Assembly (NCBI GenBank): GCA_038523235.1
Contig: JBCBJQ010000141.1
Location: 1-12,925, forward strand
Source of the DNA: Cyanobacteria bacterium J06626_4
Lineage (GTDB): Bacteria > Cyanobacteriota > Cyanobacteriia > Phormidesmidales > Phormidesmidaceae
DNA: 12,925 nt
Reading direction: 5' to 3'
The notes under the pieces are model-generated. The model saw only the letters and a program-made list of their open reading frames with translations. It had not been told where the DNA came from and did not search any database. The translations under genes were made by a program, and so were the position numbers. Below, piece after piece: positions 8,381 to 12,925 of the stretch; position 1 is the first letter of the stretch, and every line of letters begins with the position of its first letter.

Positions 8381-8475
8381 TGATTCCCTCTAATCACCTC
8401 TGAAATGCCCGTATAACAGCTGATTTTTCGGATCAGCACCGCTACAATACAAAGGTGTTGACTCGATCAATCAAC
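8381..8475 (+). promoter_or_regulatory. Candidate ARTO operon promoter (TACAAT at 8443-8448) with flanking TGAY-N7/8-ATCA inverted repeats
   Basis: TACAAT is a 5/6 match to the -10 consensus; inverted repeats at 8381-8396, 8419-8437 and 8457-8475. Confidence 0.4.
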
Positions 8476-8618
8476 CTCAAACCTTAATTTTTGGTGAGAA
8501 ATAAGCCTTCAGAAAAAAATGTCGTTTTATAAGGTTTTGGGAAGGGTTCGTTCTTCTCGATTGGTCTTCTGGCTTGACGGTTTGATCGAGCTTGGGTTCG
8601 TTCTCTCAGGAGCAACTA

Positions 8619-9122
8619 GTGTTCGAAAATTTATTGCCCCCTCTCAACAATCACAACCTGCCCTATCCCGACACGATTCATCCCATCGTGGTGCACTTTG
8701 TGATTGCGATGGTGCTCTTTGCCGTGTTGTGTGACGTGATCGGCTACCTCACCAAAAATGCTCGTCTATTTGAGGTGGGCTGGTGGAATATGGTATTTGC
8801 CACGCTGTCTATCTTCATTGCGATTATCTTTGGCCAAATCGAAGCAGGCCTGGCGACTCCCTACGTCGCCGCCGCCAGCGACTTGAACCTGCATACCCTG
8901 ATTGGCTGGGCGCTTTCTGGCGTGCTGGCCGTGATTACGGGCTGGCGCTACATCATTCGACTTCGCAGCCCCGAATCGCTACCGGTAGCCTACATGGGCA
9001 TGAACGTGCTGCTGACCGGGATTGTCTTTTTTCAGATTTACCTCGGCGATAAGCTGGTGTGGGTCTACGGTCTGCACACCGAGGCCGTGGTCGAAGCGGC
9101 ACGGGGAGGGCTCCTACGATGA
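8619..9122 (+). CDS. DUF2231-like membrane protein A (ARTO operon gene 1)
   Basis: GTG start 6 nt after RBS AGGAG (8608-8612); 167 aa, about four TM helices; NLPYPDTIHPIVVHF, VGWWN, LHTLIG, LGDKLVWVYGLH. Resembles the membrane-protein genes that precede coxBAC3/ARTO operons. Confidence 0.85.
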   Translation: MFENLLPPLNNHNLPYPDTIHPIVVHFVIAMVLFAVLCDVIGYLTKNARLFEVGWWNMVFATLSIFIAIIFGQIEAGLATPYVAAASDLNLHTLIGWALSGVLAVITGWRYIIRLRSPESLPVAYMGMNVLLTGIVFFQIYLGDKLVWVYGLHTEAVVEAARGGLLR

Positions 9123-9736
9123 TGGTTGGCAGTTTGCCGGTGCTGGCAGCGGGGGCGAATGGCTTGCCCTATGGGTTGCCGATTCATCCCAATTTGGTGC
9201 ACCTGACGCTGGGCTTGTTTATTGTGGCGATCGCCTTTGACATTGTCGCCGCCCTCTACCCCCTCGAAAAGCCGATTTTTAAGTTTTTGGCGATTCCCCT
9301 CACCAGCTCTAATCTCTACGATGTGGGCTGGTTCAACATGGTGGCAGCGGCCATCATCACCTTTTTTACCGTCGCGGTGGGTTTCTACGAAATTATTTTG
9401 GCCGAGCCCGATATGGATATTGTCAGTCCCTGGGGCCTAGGCGCGATGGATACGATGGTGTGGCACGGCGTTGGGGGCGTGTTGCTGCTCGGTCTGATTG
9501 TCGGCATGACGATCTGGCGCGGCTTTCAGCGCTATGTCTGGCGCGAAGATCGCGCCCGTCAGGTGCAGTGGAGCTATCTGCTTGCCGGGCTCGGCATTTT
9601 TGTGTTGATGTTTGCCCAGGGCACCTTGGGAGCCCATCTGGGAGGCGACTTTGGTGTCCACGTGACGGCTGATCGCCTCATCCGCGCGGGCATCAATCCC
9701 AATGCCCAGTTGTTAAACGTCGTTATTAAGCACTAG
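9119..9736 (+). CDS. DUF2231-like membrane protein B (ARTO operon gene 2)
   Basis: ATGA overlap with the upstream stop; 205 aa, about four TM helices; NGLPYGLPIHPNLVHL, VGWFN, WHGVGG, LGAHLGGDFGVH. Clear paralog of the upstream gene. Confidence 0.85.
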   Translation: MMVGSLPVLAAGANGLPYGLPIHPNLVHLTLGLFIVAIAFDIVAALYPLEKPIFKFLAIPLTSSNLYDVGWFNMVAAAIITFFTVAVGFYEIILAEPDMDIVSPWGLGAMDTMVWHGVGGVLLLGLIVGMTIWRGFQRYVWREDRARQVQWSYLLAGLGIFVLMFAQGTLGAHLGGDFGVHVTADRLIRAGINPNAQLLNVVIKH

Positions 9737-9750
9737 AGGTCATCGCGGCT

Positions 9751-10665
9751 ATGAATCGACGCACGATTATCCGTCTGGGGGTGCTGGCGATCGCGGATTT
9801 GCTCATCAGTCTATGGATGGGGCAGCAGGCCTATCGCTGGATGCCTCCCCAGGCATCGGCAGAATCGGTGCTGGTGGATAACCTCTTTAGCTTTATGACC
9901 ACCCTCGGCAGCTTCATCTTTTTTGGCGTGATGGGCACGCTGCTGTACTCGATCGTCTATCAGCGCGCCCCCAAATATGATTCCAGCGACGGCCCCCCGA
10001 TTGAGGGTAACGTCAAGCTCGAGGTGGTTTGGACGGCGATTCCCATCCTGCTGGTGGTTTGGATTGCCGGCTTTAGCTACCAAACCTACGATCGCATGAG
10101 CATTCTCGGCCCCATTGAGCCCATGGCGATGGGCATGCCCACCGCTGAAGCTGCGGCTCTGGCCACCGTGACAGAGACGCCGGAGCCGATCCAAGTTTCA
10201 GCCCGCCAGTGGGCCTGGGAGTTCTACTATCCCGCACAGGCGGTCAGCAGCACCGAGCTGCACCTGCCGGTTAACCAGCGCGCCCGACTGGTGTTGTCAT
10301 CAGAAGATGTGCTGCACGGCTTTTTTGTCGCGGCATTTCGTGTCAAGCAAGATGTCGTGCCAGGTCGCGCGATCGACTTTGAATTCACCCCCATCCGCGA
10401 AGGACGCTATCGCCTACGCGATTCGGAATACAGCGGCACCTACTTTGCCGCCAACCAAACCAACGTAGTGGTCGAGTCGGCTGCCGACTACGAACAGTGG
10501 TTAGCCATGGCTGCCGCCACCCCGCCCACGCCCGCCGAAAATGTGGCCTATGAAGAGTTCAATCAGGCCACCGAAAACGCCCTTGATCTAGGTTGGGCCA
10601 CAGTGAAACCGGCCCCGGCCCCCGTCGTCAACTACGCCAGCTCAGAAGAGGATTTTCATGAGTAA
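9751..10665 (+). CDS. ctaC: Heme-copper oxidase subunit II, ARTO type (CuA ligands absent)
   Basis: 304 aa; TM helices, EGNVKLEVVWTAIP, ARQWAWEFYYP, ELHLP, SEDVLHGF, KQDVVPG; the CxExCGxxHxxM motif is replaced by DSEYSGTYFAAN. Confidence 0.93.
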   Translation: MNRRTIIRLGVLAIADLLISLWMGQQAYRWMPPQASAESVLVDNLFSFMTTLGSFIFFGVMGTLLYSIVYQRAPKYDSSDGPPIEGNVKLEVVWTAIPILLVVWIAGFSYQTYDRMSILGPIEPMAMGMPTAEAAALATVTETPEPIQVSARQWAWEFYYPAQAVSSTELHLPVNQRARLVLSSEDVLHGFFVAAFRVKQDVVPGRAIDFEFTPIREGRYRLRDSEYSGTYFAANQTNVVVESAADYEQWLAMAAATPPTPAENVAYEEFNQATENALDLGWATVKPAPAPVVNYASSEEDFHE

Positions 10666-12322
10666 TGCATCCTTAGAGGCCATTGCCCCCAGCCTGCAGC
10701 CCCAGCCGGGGGCACCGGATAACTGGAAGCGATTTTTCACCTTCAGCACCGACCACAAGGTCATCGGTATTCAATACATCGTCACGGCCTTCGTCTTCTT
10801 TTTGTTTGGCGGACTGTTGGCCATGGTGATGCGGGGGGAACTGCTGACCCCAGAGGCCGATTTGGTTGATCGCACTGTCTACAACGGGCTGTTCACCATG
10901 CATGGCACCATCATGCTGTTCATGTGGACCTTCCCGATGCTGAACGGGCTGGCGAACTACCTGGTGCCCCTACAAATCGGCGCTCGGGACATGGCCTTTC
11001 CCCGGTTGAATGCCGCCGCTTTTTGGCTGGTGCCACTATTTGGGGTGATTCTCACAGCGAGTTTCTTTGTGCCGGGGGGCCCGTCGCAGTCGGGCTGGTG
11101 GGCTTACCCCCCGGTCAGCTTGCAGAACCCCACCGGTAACTTGATCAACGGTCAAGCGCTGTGGATTTTGGCGGTGGCTCTCTCAGGTATCTCCTCGATT
11201 ATGGGTGCGGTGAACATCGTCACCACCATTTTTCGGATGCGGGCACCGGGCATGGGCTGGTTTAAAATGCCCGCCTTTTGCTGGACGGTGCTGGCGGCAC
11301 AGCTGATTCAGCTGTTCGGGCTACCCGCGCTGACTGCCGGAGCAGTCATGCTGCTGTTTGACCTGACCGTGGGCACGAGCTTTTTCAACCCGGAACTGGG
11401 CGGCGATCCCATACTCTATCAGCACTTTTTCTGGTTCTATTCCCACCCGGCGGTGTATGTGATTATCCTGCCCATCTTTGGGGTGTTTTCTGAGGTGTTT
11501 CCCGTTTACGCCCGCAAGCCGCTGTTTGGCTATCCGGTGGTGGCGGTATCCTCGATTATCATCACCGCTCTCAGCGGTATTGTCTGGGTGCACCATATGT
11601 TTGCCAGCGGCACCCCCGACTGGATGCGGATGCTGTTCATGATTACCACCATGACGATTTCCGTCCCGACGGGGATCAAGGTGTTTGCCTGGGTAGCCAC
11701 GATCTGGGGCGGTAAGCTGCGGCTCACAACGGGGATGCTGTTTGCCCTGGGCGGCCTGTCGATGTTCCTCTTTGCGGGCATCACCGGCATTATGCTGGCG
11801 TCGGCTCCCTTCGATATTCACGTCAACAACACCTATTTTGTGGTGGGCCACTTCCACTATGTGATTTATGGCGCGGTGGTGATGGGCTTCTACGCGGCCA
11901 TTTACCACTGGTTCCCCAAAATGACGGGGCGCATGTATTACGAAGGCTTAGGGAAGCTGCACTTTGTCCTGACCTTTATTGGCGCTAACCTCAACTTTCT
12001 GCCGATGCACCCGGCGGGATTGATGGGCATGCCGCGCCGAGTCGCCTCCTATGACCCGGAATTCGCCTTTTGGAATGTGCTAGCCAGTCTGGGCGGCTTT
12101 TTGCTCGGGGTTTCAACCCTGCCGTTTATCCTCAACATGCTGAGTTCTTGGTCGCGCGGTCCAGAAGCTGGGGATAACCCCTGGCGAGCGATCGGGCTGG
12201 AATGGCTGGTCTCTTCCCCACCACCCCACGAAAATTTTGATGAAATTCCCACTGTGGTGTCGCCACCCTATGGCTACGGCAGTGACGAACCCTTGATTGC
12301 CAATACTGTGACCCAGGAGTGA
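10658..12322 (+). CDS. ctaD: Heme-copper oxidase subunit I, A2 type (ARTO)
   Basis: 554 aa; STDHKVIG, MHGTIM, ARDMAFPRLN (D-channel), WFYSHPAVY (A2 YS motif), VWVHHM, PTGIKVF (K-channel), GHFHY and MPRR; 8-nt overlap with ctaC. Confidence 0.97.
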   Translation: MSNASLEAIAPSLQPQPGAPDNWKRFFTFSTDHKVIGIQYIVTAFVFFLFGGLLAMVMRGELLTPEADLVDRTVYNGLFTMHGTIMLFMWTFPMLNGLANYLVPLQIGARDMAFPRLNAAAFWLVPLFGVILTASFFVPGGPSQSGWWAYPPVSLQNPTGNLINGQALWILAVALSGISSIMGAVNIVTTIFRMRAPGMGWFKMPAFCWTVLAAQLIQLFGLPALTAGAVMLLFDLTVGTSFFNPELGGDPILYQHFFWFYSHPAVYVIILPIFGVFSEVFPVYARKPLFGYPVVAVSSIIITALSGIVWVHHMFASGTPDWMRMLFMITTMTISVPTGIKVFAWVATIWGGKLRLTTGMLFALGGLSMFLFAGITGIMLASAPFDIHVNNTYFVVGHFHYVIYGAVVMGFYAAIYHWFPKMTGRMYYEGLGKLHFVLTFIGANLNFLPMHPAGLMGMPRRVASYDPEFAFWNVLASLGGFLLGVSTLPFILNMLSSWSRGPEAGDNPWRAIGLEWLVSSPPPHENFDEIPTVVSPPYGYGSDEPLIANTVTQE

Positions 12323-12326
12323 GCCC

Positions 12327-12925
12327 GTGAGCACTGCTAATCTTGACCCCACCCTTGACGGCCACCAGGTCGCCCACGCGGCCGAGCATGAAGAAGAAGA
12401 CAATCGCCTGTTCGGCTTTATCATCTTCTTACTCTCAGAAAGCGTCATTTTCATCAGTTTTTTTGTGGGCTACGGTGTTTTGAAAACCGGCGCGGCCAAT
12501 TGGTATCCCACCGGGTTTGAAGGCTTAGAGATCCGCGAACCATTCATTAATACAGTGGTGCTGGTTTCCAGCAGCTTTGTCATCTATTTTGCCGAGCGCT
12601 TCCTGCACAAAGAGAATCTCTGGGGCTTTCGCGCATTTTGGCTGCTGACCATGGCCATGGGCAGCTTCTTTCTCTATGGCCAGGCGGTGGAGTGGTTAGG
12701 CCTGCCCTTTGGCTTTACCGACGGCGTCTTTGGCGGCACTTTTTATCTGCTGACGGGCTTTCACGGCCTACATGTGCTGACGGGCGTGTTGCTGCAGGGC
12801 ATCATGCTGGGGCGATCGTTCATTCCCAACAACTACGCCGGGGGGGAATATGGCATTCAAGCCACCTCGCTGTTTTGGCACTTTGTAGACGTGATCTGGA
12901 TTGTCTTGTTCATTCTGATTTACGT
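12327..12925 (+). CDS. ctaE: Heme-copper oxidase subunit III (cut by the window edge)
   Basis: GTG start 7 nt after AGGAG (12315-12319); manual translation MSTANLDPTL...DNRLFGFIIFLLSESVIF...INTVVLVSSSF...GQAVEW...FYLLTGFHGLHV...LFWHFVDVIWIVLFILIY; no stop before the edge. Confidence 0.95.
   Translation, partial: MSTANLDPTLDGHQVAHAAEHEEEDNRLFGFIIFLLSESVIFISFFVGYGVLKTGAANWYPTGFEGLEIREPFINTVVLVSSSFVIYFAERFLHKENLWGFRAFWLLTMAMGSFFLYGQAVEWLGLPFGFTDGVFGGTFYLLTGFHGLHVLTGVLLQGIMLGRSFIPNNYAGGEYGIQATSLFWHFVDVIWIVLFILIY

Larger units (their letters stand above)
63..9794. repeat. Dispersed HIP1 octamers (GCGATCGC)
   Basis: About 19 exact copies counted by eye (e.g. 63, 151, 422, 481, 1318, 6553, 7159, 9227, 9787) plus many one-mismatch copies; a cyanobacterial genome signature. 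Confidence 0.9.

Noticed and set aside
8544..8604. Direct repeats as a mini CRISPR array
   Set aside because: Only two 11-bp copies, far too short, and no cas genes in the window.
7871..8618. NtcA site (GTA-N8-TAC) upstream of the ARTO operon
   Set aside because: The GTA occurrences I checked (8034, 8411) are not followed by TAC at the right spacing.
8519..8734. 71-aa ORF and the TTG 8592 start for DUF2231 gene A
   Set aside because: The AGGAG RBS supports GTG 8619; the 71-aa ORF overlaps it out of frame.
9059..9118. 20-aa N-terminal extension of DUF2231 gene B
   Set aside because: It lies inside gene A; the ATGA overlap at 9119 and the paralog alignment support the shorter start.
5720..12925. 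cytM, petG and ARTO as one co-regulated respiratory cluster
   Set aside because: cytM-petG is a common pair on its own, an unrelated kinase separates it from ARTO, orientations differ, and a CuA-less subunit II argues against a cytochrome c donor; proximity alone is not evidence.

Overview
Cyanobacterial chromosomal window (about 19 HIP1 GCGATCGC octamers counted by eye; petG, cytM and ARTO genes). In order: a membrane-anchored alpha/beta hydrolase cut by the left edge (minus strand), mfd, a membrane protein with an apparent 1-nt frameshift near its 5' end, a ~99-bp MITE-like element containing a REP-like hairpin doublet, divergent cytM and petG, an FGGY (D-ribulose kinase-like) sugar kinase, a ~750-bp regulatory spacer, and a five-gene alternative respiratory terminal oxidase (ARTO, cox3-type) operon: two paralogous DUF2231-like His-rich membrane proteins plus ctaC-ctaD-ctaE (cut by the right edge). 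The most interesting signal is that this oxidase has lost the CuA ligands and the Mg-site ligands and also lacks the bo3-type quinol-binding residues, so it has no recognisable electron-entry site. The two coupled DUF2231-like paralogs, each with four conserved His, are candidates for a heme-binding electron-input module. Secondary signals are a terminator-like hairpin just before mfd, the composite MITE/REP element, and several candidate operators.
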